Of a stretch of 64,000 nucleotides of DNA, positions 8,988 through 19,827 are shown piece after piece. The position numbers and the translations under genes are program-made. The DNA lies in IMG/VR virus record IMGVR_UViG_3300029893_000001, positions 186,001 to 250,000 of that record. One strand, written 5' to 3'. Positions within the stretch are counted from its first letter, which is position 1; each line of letters begins with the position of its first letter. The notes below the pieces were generated by a model. It made no database searches and was not told the origin of the DNA. It saw only the letters and a program-made list of their open reading frames with translations.

Positions 8988-10498
8988 GGCATTTCCTCGT
9001 AGAATCCCTGAACCCAACCCCGAACAGCGCCGGTGTCACCCCCGGTCCCCGTACAGATGAACGTTACCGAGAATGAGCTATCCACCGGAACATCAACCTC
9101 AGCAGTAACCATGTGGTCAGGATCAACCTCAGATACTCGATACACGTTGAAAGGGACAGACATATCAGATCTAAAGGTGAAGTTCATAGGTCCAGCAGAA
9201 GTGGAAACGTTCTCAAACTGAAGCGAAAGGCGCACCAAGCGACAATGAGGAGGAACGGCTTCTAAAGAATCCCCATCTGGATTGATGGTGCGTGTAATGT
9301 CAGTTCCTGGCGTTATCAGGCTTCCGCCGGCATTGTGGATTTTACCTTGTGTTGAAGCCCCAGAAAGACCTGCAGAAGACTCAAAGGCCAAGGCGGTATA
9401 TCCACCAGACTTCCTAAAAGGAAGAGGTGTCATCGTACCGCTGTTGTCGTACAGGCGTACGGCACCCATATACAATGCCGGAGCAGATGCATCCGTGGTC
9501 GGCCAGGGAACAGGAAGGTCGAATGACGAAGAAGGGCGACCCCTATCATCAGAGTCGTCAGAAATTGGAGCTACGTTTGTAAGCACCATTGAGGTGTGGC
9601 CACAATTTCTGGTTGGGCGGTAAGCGTAGATATAGTACCACCTATTCACCTGAAGAGTCAGGCTAGCCGGTTTGTCAGTGTTAGGATTGATTTGTGGACG
9701 GTTAATGGTGCTCTGCTGTGTGGTTGCTCCGATGGGGCTGTGGTAACCTCCCATCCGAACCCAATTTTGGGCCACACTGATGGTGGCACCATTACTCGAC
9801 ATAGCAATTGGCTTGTCGAAGCCATCCTGATTATCATTCTGAATGAATGACCTTCCAGGAGAACAATAGGAGAAGAGCTTCCTAAGGTCCAGAATCTTAT
9901 TGCCTGAAGCAGTCAAGTCTCCAGGGGTAATTAAGATTCCACAAACAGGAAGCCAAGCCGGGTCCGGTTGAAGAGCTGGAAGCCTTGCACTGTCCAACGC
10001 AGCAGGAGTCCCGGAGCGAATGCGAAATTTCAAGTTTGACGAAACTGTCTTCGGAACGACTGTGGGTACGAGCGCACGTGTAGGACCGATGGCCGTAAGT
10101 ACCTGACGAGTTTCGGTCGCAGTAATCTCTTCTGCGGAAACCTCCAACAAATCCCACCTGTACAGAGAAGAGTGGGGCAAAGGCAAGGTCACATTAGTAG
10201 AAGAGGTAAGCGATGCCAATCGATATCTGTTGTTAAACGTAAGGTCACCACCAAACGAGAAAATGCCCATTCCCGGTGTGATATCCAAGGACAAATTTGT
10301 CGCAGAACCGTTTACGAGCAACCCAGTCAAAATGGCGCCAGCAGTAATCTGCCCAGCCACCCCTGAGCCAGCTAGAAATGTGGCCCCAAACATGGCCTCA
10401 AGAGCCCTGTTCAGGTCCTGGCTTCGCCAGTCCTGAGCAGCGGAGACGTCCTCGTTAAAGACAACCTCGTTGTCATTGAGAATGATTTTCTTAGACAT
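8984..10498 (-). CDS. Putative tail fibre/baseplate-attached structural protein
   Basis: N-terminal 'GLLVNGSATNLSLDITPG...VTLPLPHSSLYRWDLL' domain typical of fibre anchoring regions. Confidence 0.65.
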   Translation of the reverse strand: MSKKIILNDNEVVFNEDVSAAQDWRSQDLNRALEAMFGATFLAGSGVAGQITAGAILTGLLVNGSATNLSLDITPGMGIFSFGGDLTFNNRYRLASLTSSTNVTLPLPHSSLYRWDLLEVSAEEITATETRQVLTAIGPTRALVPTVVPKTVSSNLKFRIRSGTPAALDSARLPALQPDPAWLPVCGILITPGDLTASGNKILDLRKLFSYCSPGRSFIQNDNQDGFDKPIAMSSNGATISVAQNWVRMGGYHSPIGATTQQSTINRPQINPNTDKPASLTLQVNRWYYIYAYRPTRNCGHTSMVLTNVAPISDDSDDRGRPSSSFDLPVPWPTTDASAPALYMGAVRLYDNSGTMTPLPFRKSGGYTALAFESSAGLSGASTQGKIHNAGGSLITPGTDITRTINPDGDSLEAVPPHCRLVRLSLQFENVSTSAGPMNFTFRSDMSVPFNVYRVSEVDPDHMVTAEVDVPVDSSFSVTFICTGTGGDTGAVRGWVQGFYEEMP

Positions 10499-10510
10499 GG
10501 AATTCCGCTA

Positions 10511-12754
10511 TCAAGTAAAGGCTCCGTTATCCCAGACACCAGCGTCAAAGACAAATGCCGACGCTCCAAGCCCAGCCCCGTCAGTCACATATGTCGTAAT
10601 GAGCCCCTTACACTGACCAGACACAACGACCTGCCACTTAATCAAAGGGGGGACAATGGCACTCAAGTCAATCGTATAGTTAGGTAATACGAAGCCGCCC
10701 AAATCCACCCAATCCGACCAAGATCCGGCACCGTCAAAGTACCGAGCAAAAAGCTGAAAATCGCGGTCTGGCTCGATCGGAGTGAATCTAATTGCAACAG
10801 GATTGCTATCATGGGGACGAACAGCCATCGGCCGTCCCACATAAACGTCAAATCTGTCCAAGCCCTCGAAGATCTTCCTCATCTTTGTCGAAGAAGGATC
10901 TAGGGAGGGTGAGGTTGAATCGTCCGTCCATTCCGTAGAAATGAATTTGGGCCGATCGAAGTCGTCGACCCAAAAGTTGAACAAGAATCCAGGACGATAG
11001 ATCAACGTGCCCTCGGCCAACGCCATTGCACCTGCAGCATGCTTCGTAACAGAAGGAAGATGCATACTAGTACTGATTGGCCTAATATCCTCCAAACTAC
11101 AAACTTGCAAACCATCCCAAATAACCTCAACAACGGGCAAGATGTCTGCCAGCGCAGAGGTAGCCTCGGGCGTTACATCCCCAAAAATAGCGATGGACGC
11201 ATCGGGCCCGCTAGCGACGTTGTTGGTAACGATGTAGTTTGTTATGGACGCAAATTCATTGGTAGTGAACCTGAACTGCTGGGATTCTTCGCTGCAGGTT
11301 CCAGGTAAATTGTTGATCCAAGTACTGTCGAATGTCACCGTCTCAGTGACAATCGACCCAGAAGAGTCGGTGCCAGTAATCTGAATCTGAACGTTCAGAG
11401 TGGCGCCAGGGACAGCATTCTGAAGACCTACTTTTAGACGAGCAGGAGAACCTCTTAGTGCCTGATCGAACGACTGAAGCGTGAAGCCCAAGTCGGTTAG
11501 GCGCTTGTAACAAGCGCAGGTTTGAGGGTATCTTTGAAAGAATCCGTCAGAGTCCAGGTAGACGATAAATCGTTGAGGGATTGGGCTAGCATCTTCAAAC
11601 GTGAACTCCAAGTCCACAATTTGGTCCACAACAATCCCACCTGAAATTAAGGTCTCCCGGTCCGAAGGCTGCTTGAACGTCAGACTAGTCAGTGGAACAC
11701 CGGTTGGGGGTTCTGCAGCGTCGGTCGACATGTAGTAGATAGTTAGATCCGTGCCTCCAACATATTGGTCGTTGGGGAGCAAAAAGACGATATTCTTCCG
11801 CGGCAGAGTAACGGGCGCGTAGTCAAACGTCTTTGTGGCTGCGTCGGTGCAACGCAAAACCTGTGTTGGGAACTTTGTGGTCTCAAAGTAGTACGCGTTC
11901 AGGATTCCTGTAATAGAACCAGTGACGTCCACACTAACAGCTCCGGAGAGAATCGTCTCCTCACAGATCTTCCCCGGAACCTTAGCCATGTCCCTGTCTT
12001 TAGACACGATCATGCCGTGATCTAGGTGAAGTTGGAATAATGTCTGCGAACCGGACGCCGAGATATCGTTGAGCGACATTCCGTGAGGATTCGACGAAGA
12101 AACAACGCCGGAACCCACGAAGCTACGATGTTCGATATCTACAGGAGTAAACCACATACGATTCGTAGATAGCTGGTCCTGGGTCATATCCACGACCAGC
12201 TCTGTGGTGGTTCCTCCTCCAGACACAACCTCCTGCACTGTAATGTGCGCAAGAGGTATAGTTAAAAGCTTCTCGTCAAACGAGAGCGCATCATAGTCAT
12301 TTCTCGTCAGTACCTGAATATAGTCAGAGTCATTCTGCAGGAAATCAACATAGGTATTTGCCAACGTCTCATAGCGAGTAAGACGTGGACCTGCTTCCAG
12401 TTCACTGAACCTGAGGAAAACGACGCTTTTCGTTCCAATGCCACCAGGTACTGCAATACGAGACGCGCCGTTCTCCAGAAAGATTACTTCTCCGCTCGCA
12501 AAAACTGCTGTACCTGGAGATACATCGACCGTAGCAGGGTCTGACGAATTGATGCTAACGACCAGAGGTCGAGTAGTTTCGGAGGGAAGAGCGGTACGAG
12601 GGTCTTCGCTATCTACGATCCCGTACCGGTTCAACGTCGAGTCGATCTCCCCAAACAACAGACGAGTGCGCTTCAGGATTTCGTCAATGAAAGCCTGCCG
12701 CTCGAATTCGAGCAGGTCCAGCGTAATCGGTGCTGCAAGTAAGATTCTACGCAT
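10511..12754 (-). CDS. Putative baseplate/tail structural protein
   Basis: 747 aa; 'VDVSPGTAVFASGE' domain and 'NPHG' fibre-type motif; structural context. Confidence 0.6.
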   Translation of the reverse strand: MRRILLAAPITLDLLEFERQAFIDEILKRTRLLFGEIDSTLNRYGIVDSEDPRTALPSETTRPLVVSINSSDPATVDVSPGTAVFASGEVIFLENGASRIAVPGGIGTKSVVFLRFSELEAGPRLTRYETLANTYVDFLQNDSDYIQVLTRNDYDALSFDEKLLTIPLAHITVQEVVSGGGTTTELVVDMTQDQLSTNRMWFTPVDIEHRSFVGSGVVSSSNPHGMSLNDISASGSQTLFQLHLDHGMIVSKDRDMAKVPGKICEETILSGAVSVDVTGSITGILNAYYFETTKFPTQVLRCTDAATKTFDYAPVTLPRKNIVFLLPNDQYVGGTDLTIYYMSTDAAEPPTGVPLTSLTFKQPSDRETLISGGIVVDQIVDLEFTFEDASPIPQRFIVYLDSDGFFQRYPQTCACYKRLTDLGFTLQSFDQALRGSPARLKVGLQNAVPGATLNVQIQITGTDSSGSIVTETVTFDSTWINNLPGTCSEESQQFRFTTNEFASITNYIVTNNVASGPDASIAIFGDVTPEATSALADILPVVEVIWDGLQVCSLEDIRPISTSMHLPSVTKHAAGAMALAEGTLIYRPGFLFNFWVDDFDRPKFISTEWTDDSTSPSLDPSSTKMRKIFEGLDRFDVYVGRPMAVRPHDSNPVAIRFTPIEPDRDFQLFARYFDGAGSWSDWVDLGGFVLPNYTIDLSAIVPPLIKWQVVVSGQCKGLITTYVTDGAGLGASAFVFDAGVWDNGAFT

Positions 12755-12769
12755 ATTTGCCTTCGTTGA

Positions 12770-14608
12770 TCAGAGAGCCAGTAGCCCGCCGTTGAATCTA
12801 GAGTACAAATCTGTCTCTACCTCAAGGTAAGTAAGCCGCAGCCAGTAAGGCTTTGCGAACGCAGAACTAGAACCCCATACGTTCCGACCTGTCACCTTCG
12901 CGATCGTTGCGTGAGAAATGAAAGCCGTGGTCTGGATTCCCCGAATTTCCCAGCTCTCCATATCGATACGACTTCCCGCATTTGGAGTACCTGGAACTAC
13001 CTCAGTGTCGAACATCAAGTGAATTCTACTGATATCTTCGCTTCCCGAAGGAAAATCGATGTTTACTGACGAAGTCACGCCACCAGGCAGAAATACGCCC
13101 CCACGCGGAGGAGGAGGCGGCGGGGGAGCGCCTGGGGGCCGTGTTGTGAATGGAGACATAACGGGATTTGGCTCAAATTGAACGACCATGTAAGTATCAT
13201 TCTGCGGCGTAATCTGAACCCGCCACCCTTCAAAATCCTTAATGTGTGGTATCTCTGGAATGCAGTCGAAGTGTAGGTGAAACTTGCCCTTCTCGTCCGT
13301 GAAAGCTACGAACGTCTTACTCGTTCGTGAGTAGTTCAACCTCCCTGTATCTAGATCCCAAAACAGGAAAGAGTCAGGAGAAAGCGCCACATTGTAGACG
13401 AGATAGTTCTTTCCGGAGTTTTTCTGTCTCAAGATTCGAGAACCCGAAGCATTGTATAGGGATACAACATCGATCTCTTCCACTTCCAGATCCTCAAAAA
13501 ATGATCCAGACAATCGATCGTACAAAAACGGACCGACGTTGTTCTCTGTGAGGGGGATATTAGGAAGAGGTCTAAGCCCTGACTCGTACGCCGGATAAGC
13601 CCTCAAGTACACCTGAGTGGTAGAACCGTCTTCCAATATATCTGGAATTCCTACATCAACCGTCACCTGGTACGTTGTGCGCCCGTCCGGCAAAGCTCCT
13701 ACTGGGAAGGCTTCGGCGACATCGTACTCAAAGAAGCGATAGTTTATGACATCCCCTGGATAAATCGGATGGTCAGAATGCACCACAAACGTGGTAACTG
13801 TTGAAAGTTGCGCCCAAGTTAGAGGGTCCCCAGGAATTGCGGAAGGCAGGGCAAACGGATCGGAAACCTTGTCTATACCTTCAGTGGCAGTACAAACCCA
13901 AGAGGTACCTGAATACGTAGAACCACCCGTTGCAAAGACTTGCGCACGAGCAGCAGAACTGCCGCCGTCAAAGTCAGTAGGTCGACTCCACGAAAATACA
14001 GACACGACCCAAATGCCATTTTCCGTTGGATCTGTCTGGCCTGTAAGCAAAACCCGATTCCCAGAAATCGTCACCACACCGTCGATGGTCAGCTCTCCTA
14101 CTAAAGGCTGATTCGTATCGGCAACGGCAACCACAGAATCCTTCGGGTCCAAGGACCGAACAAAGTCGTCCGGAACATGTGTACTAGACGGTGTGGGAGT
14201 AAACGTGCCATTTAGCTCCAAAGGATGGCCGTAGAGATCCACGGTAGTACCCGCAGGGTACCCCGTAATCAAAGGCTCCGTGAGGGCCAACGTTTTGCCA
14301 TCGTTCAAAACGTCATCAACGAACGCAAATGCTCGCCCATCTAAAAGGAGCTTACTGCCAGGTTGGATCCAAGAGATTATGTCTTCGACGTCAAGGCGGT
14401 CTTTGGTCGCAGAAATCGCAGAAGAAAGTACAGTCTGGTTGTCCGGCAGCCAAATAGGGAGGGGAGATCCGATCTTCCTCGCAAAGCGAAGACGGCCTGA
14501 AAGAAATACGTCTAACGGATGTGCAATTCCCCTCAACTTTAGAAAAGCACTGTTATACGACGGAAGTTTGCCGTTGATGACTTCAAAGATCTTTCGAACT
14601 CTACCCAT
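12770..14608 (-). CDS. Tail-fibre-related structural protein
   Basis: Contains the common phage fibre module KDSV...TIDGV...GNRVLLTGQTDPTENGIWVV...WSRPTDFD; polyproline stretch. Confidence 0.7.
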   Translation of the reverse strand: MGRVRKIFEVINGKLPSYNSAFLKLRGIAHPLDVFLSGRLRFARKIGSPLPIWLPDNQTVLSSAISATKDRLDVEDIISWIQPGSKLLLDGRAFAFVDDVLNDGKTLALTEPLITGYPAGTTVDLYGHPLELNGTFTPTPSSTHVPDDFVRSLDPKDSVVAVADTNQPLVGELTIDGVVTISGNRVLLTGQTDPTENGIWVVSVFSWSRPTDFDGGSSAARAQVFATGGSTYSGTSWVCTATEGIDKVSDPFALPSAIPGDPLTWAQLSTVTTFVVHSDHPIYPGDVINYRFFEYDVAEAFPVGALPDGRTTYQVTVDVGIPDILEDGSTTQVYLRAYPAYESGLRPLPNIPLTENNVGPFLYDRLSGSFFEDLEVEEIDVVSLYNASGSRILRQKNSGKNYLVYNVALSPDSFLFWDLDTGRLNYSRTSKTFVAFTDEKGKFHLHFDCIPEIPHIKDFEGWRVQITPQNDTYMVVQFEPNPVMSPFTTRPPGAPPPPPPPRGGVFLPGGVTSSVNIDFPSGSEDISRIHLMFDTEVVPGTPNAGSRIDMESWEIRGIQTTAFISHATIAKVTGRNVWGSSSAFAKPYWLRLTYLEVETDLYSRFNGGLLAL

Positions 14609-15385
14609 TCAACAACACTCTGAGTCAAAAGGAAGCGCAATAGCACGAAGAGCTTGAGCATGAAGAGCTAAACGAGATGGAATATACAGCCCGGAGTCTA
14701 CACGGACGTACGAAGCCCCTCGAATCTCCTCCTCATCGTCATCCTCTAACTGTTCTGGTTGATCGGTTTCTGTTGGGGTTTCTTTTGGCTCTTCACGAGG
14801 CTTTATCTTCGGAATTTTAGGTACTTCTCGAACTGCAGGCTCCTGCACAGCCCGTTCTTCTGGGGCCTCTTCGGACCACGAAGAGATTGCAACCGGAATT
14901 GCAGCGTACAAATGCTTACAAAGAGTTCCGATTCCGCGAGGATTGGTAAATCTGGCTGGGCGCCCGTTGCTGTAGATAATATCGGAACTTCCATAACGAG
15001 AAAGAGCCCACTCACACACATACCTAAAGTAGTTGCAAGAGCAGGAAACCCAGACGGGAGTCTCCGGCCCAGGACGTCCTGGAGCGACTTCTTTCGACCG
15101 AAGGCCAGGTTGCGGCTGACTCGCCCAACAGATGATTACTTTCTTGGGCTTGCCCCGCCTCATGGCTTTGCCAGGATACTGCACGGTGCACTGAACGCGG
15201 AAAAATTGGCGATAGACCGGGCCTAACGCAGAAAGCCTCCGATATTGAGAGGGAGCCTCCCAGTCAGAGGCCTTACCCACTGGACGAATATCCGTACAGC
15301 CACTGCTGTACCCAATTACATTAGGGGCCGTGTTCGCGAGCAAGACCCGCGGAGACAAAGGCCTGAGATTCCCTCGAACTGGCAT
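14609..15385 (-). CDS. SWIM-type zinc-finger protein
   Basis: WVSCSCNYF...TNP.GIGTLCKHL (CxC...CxH); acidic/Pro-rich tail. Start uncertain (15385 or 15466). Confidence 0.75.
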   Translation of the reverse strand: MPVRGNLRPLSPRVLLANTAPNVIGYSSGCTDIRPVGKASDWEAPSQYRRLSALGPVYRQFFRVQCTVQYPGKAMRRGKPKKVIICWASQPQPGLRSKEVAPGRPGPETPVWVSCSCNYFRYVCEWALSRYGSSDIIYSNGRPARFTNPRGIGTLCKHLYAAIPVAISSWSEEAPEERAVQEPAVREVPKIPKIKPREEPKETPTETDQPEQLEDDDEEEIRGASYVRVDSGLYIPSRLALHAQALRAIALPFDSECC

Positions 15386-15416
15386 CCCGCCCCAAATAAC
15401 CCGCGCTGAACAAGCT

Positions 15417-15719
15417 TCAGATTTCGGGAGACTCCTCGATCCTTTGAAGGATGGCGTCAAGAGCACCCGAGACTGCTACCCCAGCGAACGCGTAAGCTAC
15501 GAGCCCCCGGACGAAAGTAGCCCAATCCCCATGAAAAGGAACGAGGAGCAAATAGGTAATCCAGCCCGAATGAAATCCTACGCAATAAGCACAACTCAGT
15601 AAGTCGCAGAAGAACTTACTTCGGTCTGCAATCCATTGACGTGGCCGCGAAAAGAGTTTGGCGTCCTTAATGCCGAAGGTGATGCCGTACATAACCGCAA
15701 TTGTTAGGAAAAGGGTCAC
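15417..15719 (-). CDS. DUF1360-like small membrane protein
   Basis: Hydrophobic segments and LLSCAYCVGFHSGW motif. Confidence 0.6.
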   Translation of the reverse strand: MTLFLTIAVMYGITFGIKDAKLFSRPRQWIADRSKFFCDLLSCAYCVGFHSGWITYLLLVPFHGDWATFVRGLVAYAFAGVAVSGALDAILQRIEESPEI

Positions 15720-15985
15720 TCCTCTACCTTTACGCTGGGCCCAAAGATCACGGTGCGCTTTTGGAGGTTGAATCCCTTCAGCTCCATACCCTCTGCCTCG
15801 GACTTGTACTTTTCGAGCAAAGAGCTAATCAACGCGTCCAGTTCTGACTGTCGCACCTGTTGTAGTAGAGAAGCTGCAGTCACCGCTTCTCTCGCCGACA
15901 CCACACGTTCGTTCAAGAGCTGAACGCGCAGCAACTCGGTTTCTTCAAGAGGGATTTCAATTTCGTGAGTATTTGTTGAAGTCAT
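15716..15985 (-). CDS. Small coiled-coil protein (possible tail-fibre chaperone)
   Basis: Directly downstream of the long fibre gene; start moved to ATG 15985 with AAGGA RBS. Confidence 0.55.
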   Translation of the reverse strand: MTSTNTHEIEIPLEETELLRVQLLNERVVSAREAVTAASLLQQVRQSELDALISSLLEKYKSEAEGMELKGFNLQKRTVIFGPSVKVEE

Positions 15986-16017
15986 TTTAGGTACATTCCT
16001 TGAGTCGGTAAGAAGTT

Positions 16018-19000
16018 TTACAACGCCGAGTTCTTTATAACACAATGACGAACGGAGGCATGCCAATACGTGTCCTGATTTGCCGATCCGGTCACCTTAA
16101 GTATCACATCACTGGCGCTCACGTCGCCCTGAACAAACCAGTTCACGTCAGTTTGATACGTGTCAATTGCCTTAGCATGTCGAAGCACGGCATTCACACC
16201 ATCGTGGTAGGCCACAATATGAAAAACTTGGCCTAGTTGCTCTGAACCAGAATCGTCCTCAGCAATAACCTGAACTAAAACATCGATCGCCTGGTCGGCG
16301 ACAAGTGTTCGACTCCACAACGTGGTTGCCCCTGCTCCAGCCGGCGTTGTAACGTTCGCAGTTTCAAGACGCGCATCGCTATCCGTGTAGCCGACAGCAG
16401 TCGTTTTTGTGACTCTCTTTTGGTTGTGAGACTCACTCCAGCGCTGCGTAGTTGAACCTAGTGTGTAAGTAGCGTCAGAGTTAGGTAAGAGGTTTTTGTG
16501 GCTGGAAACTGATGTAGTCGTCCACGTCATTGCTGTTCCAGCGCCTGCAACTGCTCGAAGCTGGTCAGCACCAGGACGGTAGAATCCCGTGTCGTTATCG
16601 CTATTAAACGAGTACCCTGGAGCGCCTTCAGAACCAGACGACACCCTAATCGGCACAGTTGTAAGAACTTCTGTCGACGCAAAATTGACACGAAGAGAAC
16701 CGCCTGCACTGATTGCAAGTTGATTTGCTCCTGGGTTATAGAACCCAGTGTCTGGATCGGAGAAGAAGGTGTAAACCGGCTGCGCAGCAGTACCCTGAGC
16801 TGACTGAATCTGCGGAATGCCAACATTGATTAGAAGCCTAGCGATCTCGGTTCCGCCCGCTGAAATGCCCATTGTGTCGGCTGCAATTCTCCAAAGACCT
16901 GTGTTAGGGTCCGAGCTGAACCGAAGCGCCGGCGTCCCAACGGCTCCATCAGCGAGAGCGACGTGGCTGCTGGACTGGACCGCACCGACGTAGAGGTTGC
17001 TCCACTCCACGCCAGGTCCGCCGAGGTTCTGGGTGCCCGACGGCATCCAGTTGCTCGCCAGCGTCGAGTCGACCTCGCCGAAGAGCGCCCGCAGCGTGCC
17101 TTGCACCGAGATCCCGACCTGCTTGGCGCCAGGTCGGTAGAGGCCAGAGGAAACGTCGCTGATGAAGGAGAACGTCGGGGTCGCAGCAGATCCGTCGGTG
17201 CTACGCGTCTGTCCGGTGTTCGTGATGTAGGTCTGCGACACGGCGCCGACCTGAAGATCAAGCAGTCGGTTGTCCGTACCGCCCAGCGTGGTCTCTGTCA
17301 CGTCCACCGTGAGGCCGGTGTACTCGGCAGTGCCACTCTGGTTGACGACAACAGAGAACCGGCCAAAGGTCTGTCGCCCGCTCGACGCCGAGAATGGCGT
17401 ACCGAACGCAGAGTTAGAGAACAGGTGCGCCTCGGTGGCTGTGGCTGTGGTGAGTCGGCTGGTGTACCGGAGACCTACACCATCATTCGCAACTTGGAGT
17501 GTCCACTTCCCCGCCGAACTTCCGACCCCCTGAGCAACAGCGTTGGTATTGATTCGCAACCCAGTATTGTCGTGAGCGAGAACCGCAATCGTGCCTGACG
17601 TCCCAGCCGTGATCTCAGGCTGTCTTGCGTTCGTCCCGTCCCCCGAGTTGAAGAACAGGCTGCGCGTCGCGCTGGCCGTGGATCCTGGAGGTCCAAGGTG
17701 GGCGTTCCCAGTGCTCCCGACGTGGAACATCGAGGAACCGCCCACCAGTAGATCGATGAGCCGGTCGTCGGTACCAGGCGCAAGAGTCTCAGTGACGTTC
17801 AAGCGGATTCCGGTGTAATTGCCGCTCGCCTTGTTTACGTCGATGGCAAAATCAATGCCTACTTCGTCGCCAGTAGCCTCGGCCAATAGACCAGTGAATG
17901 TGGCTGCCCACCATCCGCCAGTTGAAATCGCCACCTGATCGAACGTGGGAAATCCGATCCCCGTATTCGTGTCATCGATGGCCGCAATCGCAGGGTCGTT
18001 GTCAGACCTGTTCCCCGGAGTCACATGGAACTGGATCGCAGTACTCTCGCCTTGCCCTCTGTAGAAAAGCCAGCGGGAAGTCCCAGACAAGGAAACGCCG
18101 ATCACCTCATGCGAAAGGAGGGTCTCCGTGAAGTAGAAGCCGGACGCAATGTCGCGCCCGAACGAGTAGTGCGGCGCCGCAGCTAGACCATTCGTCGCAC
18201 TGTCCCCTGCGCGAACCAGGCCGTCATTTGTGATGTGGAACTTCGAGATGTTCCCCACCAGAAGATCGATCAAGAGATTATCGGTGCCGGGTGCCGACGT
18301 CTCCGTCACATTCAACTTCAACCCGGTGTAATTCCCTGAAGTCGCCTTGTTGACAGTAGTAAAAAGGCTGATCGAGGTCTCGTCACCTGTGGCTGCAACC
18401 AAAGCTTGCTGAATCAGCGCCGCTTGAACCCCTCCGGTCGAAACAGCTAACTGATCGGATGCCGGACGATAGATCCCCGTGTCCGTGTCGCCGGTGAATG
18501 TGACAGCAGGCGCCCCAGCAGATCCGTCGGGGAACCAGATTGGCTGATAGGACACAGTAGCGCTACCCGCGAACTGCATCTTGTCCGCGCCCCCAGCAAG
18601 CACGAACACTCCACCACCTGCGTAGCGCATTCCGGCTGCAGACGTAACTGTGAATCCAAGCCCAGCCACGCCTGGCGATCCTGCGTAGGCGCGGACCGCG
18701 CCATCTCGGGTAACATGCATCCGCGTCGTACCGCCCGTCCGAAGATCGAGAAGACGATTATCAGAGCCTGGGATGCTGGTCTCAGTGACGTCCAAGCGGA
18801 TCCCGGTGTAATTACCACTCGTCGCTTTGTTCACGACAGTCGTGAAAAGAATCGAAGTCTCGTCGCCGGTGGAGTTGTCGAGACTGCGCATGAACGTCGC
18901 AACGTCGGCACCCGCACTAGTGAAGTGAAGCTGATCGGCCCCCACCAGATACATTCCGGTGTTGCCAGCATTGATGAATCCGTGCGCCGCAGCCGCTGCA

Positions 19001-19755
19001 CTGCCATTCCCAGTCAAAACCTGGTTGATGTACCCAGTACCCCAGGCCTGGGATGCAGCACCGAGAGCAAGCCCTTGGTTAGTCGTAGGCGAGAACTTGG
19101 AGCCGTCGAGTATCGCGCGGTCGAGGCCACTGATGCTGAATCGAATCCCACTACTGTAGAAAAGTCCTGTCCCGCTCTGCGCAGAAAACCCGATCGACGG
19201 TGCCGACGCCGACCCACTCACAAGAAGTATCTGTGGCTCAGCGCCCAATGGCGCCTGAAAAGTGGCAACAGGAACGCCTGCTGCGGTAACAGATATTTGG
19301 TCACTAGCCCAATACAGGCCGGTGTCGAGTTCAGCCAGACCTGACAAGCCGGGTGCTGCAGCCGAACCTGCAGTCACACGAAGCTGTGCGCTCTCGCCTT
19401 GTGACGCACTAAATTGCGCGATGAGTATACCCTCAGAAGAAACTGCAGGATAACCACCGTTGAGTAGAAAGCCTGAACTAGCAGAGTCCCTAAACGAGTA
19501 ACTAGGCTGAGCGACGCTTCCTGCAATATTTAGGATTCCAGTAGGCGCAACAGACACTACTGTACTTTTGCCTGCAGAGACCTCTAAAATATGGTCACTT
19601 CCTGTAACAGGAGTCACAGGCAAAACGACCAAAGGCCCGGCAGCTCCTCCGGAAGGGCCGAGCGTATTGATTAGCAAGCGATCTGCAGCGGGGTCAACCT
19701 GACGCTGCAGCCGTTCGGAGGGGTTGTTTATGCCAAGTGGCTTCAGGTCTGACAT
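16018..19755 (-). CDS. Long tail fibre protein
   Basis: 1245 aa, G/A/T/S-rich; many GS/TAAAPxxxFxxDxDTGxY repeats plus four copies of a ~60-aa 'YTG..L.VTET...G.D..L.DL..G' module. Confidence 0.85.
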   Translation of the reverse strand: MSDLKPLGINNPSERLQRQVDPAADRLLINTLGPSGGAAGPLVVLPVTPVTGSDHILEVSAGKSTVVSVAPTGILNIAGSVAQPSYSFRDSASSGFLLNGGYPAVSSEGILIAQFSASQGESAQLRVTAGSAAAPGLSGLAELDTGLYWASDQISVTAAGVPVATFQAPLGAEPQILLVSGSASAPSIGFSAQSGTGLFYSSGIRFSISGLDRAILDGSKFSPTTNQGLALGAASQAWGTGYINQVLTGNGSAAAAAHGFINAGNTGMYLVGADQLHFTSAGADVATFMRSLDNSTGDETSILFTTVVNKATSGNYTGIRLDVTETSIPGSDNRLLDLRTGGTTRMHVTRDGAVRAYAGSPGVAGLGFTVTSAAGMRYAGGGVFVLAGGADKMQFAGSATVSYQPIWFPDGSAGAPAVTFTGDTDTGIYRPASDQLAVSTGGVQAALIQQALVAATGDETSISLFTTVNKATSGNYTGLKLNVTETSAPGTDNLLIDLLVGNISKFHITNDGLVRAGDSATNGLAAAPHYSFGRDIASGFYFTETLLSHEVIGVSLSGTSRWLFYRGQGESTAIQFHVTPGNRSDNDPAIAAIDDTNTGIGFPTFDQVAISTGGWWAATFTGLLAEATGDEVGIDFAIDVNKASGNYTGIRLNVTETLAPGTDDRLIDLLVGGSSMFHVGSTGNAHLGPPGSTASATRSLFFNSGDGTNARQPEITAGTSGTIAVLAHDNTGLRINTNAVAQGVGSSAGKWTLQVANDGVGLRYTSRLTTATATEAHLFSNSAFGTPFSASSGRQTFGRFSVVVNQSGTAEYTGLTVDVTETTLGGTDNRLLDLQVGAVSQTYITNTGQTRSTDGSAATPTFSFISDVSSGLYRPGAKQVGISVQGTLRALFGEVDSTLASNWMPSGTQNLGGPGVEWSNLYVGAVQSSSHVALADGAVGTPALRFSSDPNTGLWRIAADTMGISAGGTEIARLLINVGIPQIQSAQGTAAQPVYTFFSDPDTGFYNPGANQLAISAGGSLRVNFASTEVLTTVPIRVSSGSEGAPGYSFNSDNDTGFYRPGADQLRAVAGAGTAMTWTTTSVSSHKNLLPNSDATYTLGSTTQRWSESHNQKRVTKTTAVGYTDSDARLETANVTTPAGAGATTLWSRTLVADQAIDVLVQVIAEDDSGSEQLGQVFHIVAYHDGVNAVLRHAKAIDTYQTDVNWFVQGDVSASDVILKVTGSANQDTYWHASVRHCVIKNSAL

Positions 19756-19827
19756 TCTTCGCTACTTACCCTCGCTTGCTCAGCGCGAATGGGTGTCAGA
19801 AGAATATACTCAGCCCGCCAAAGGCAT

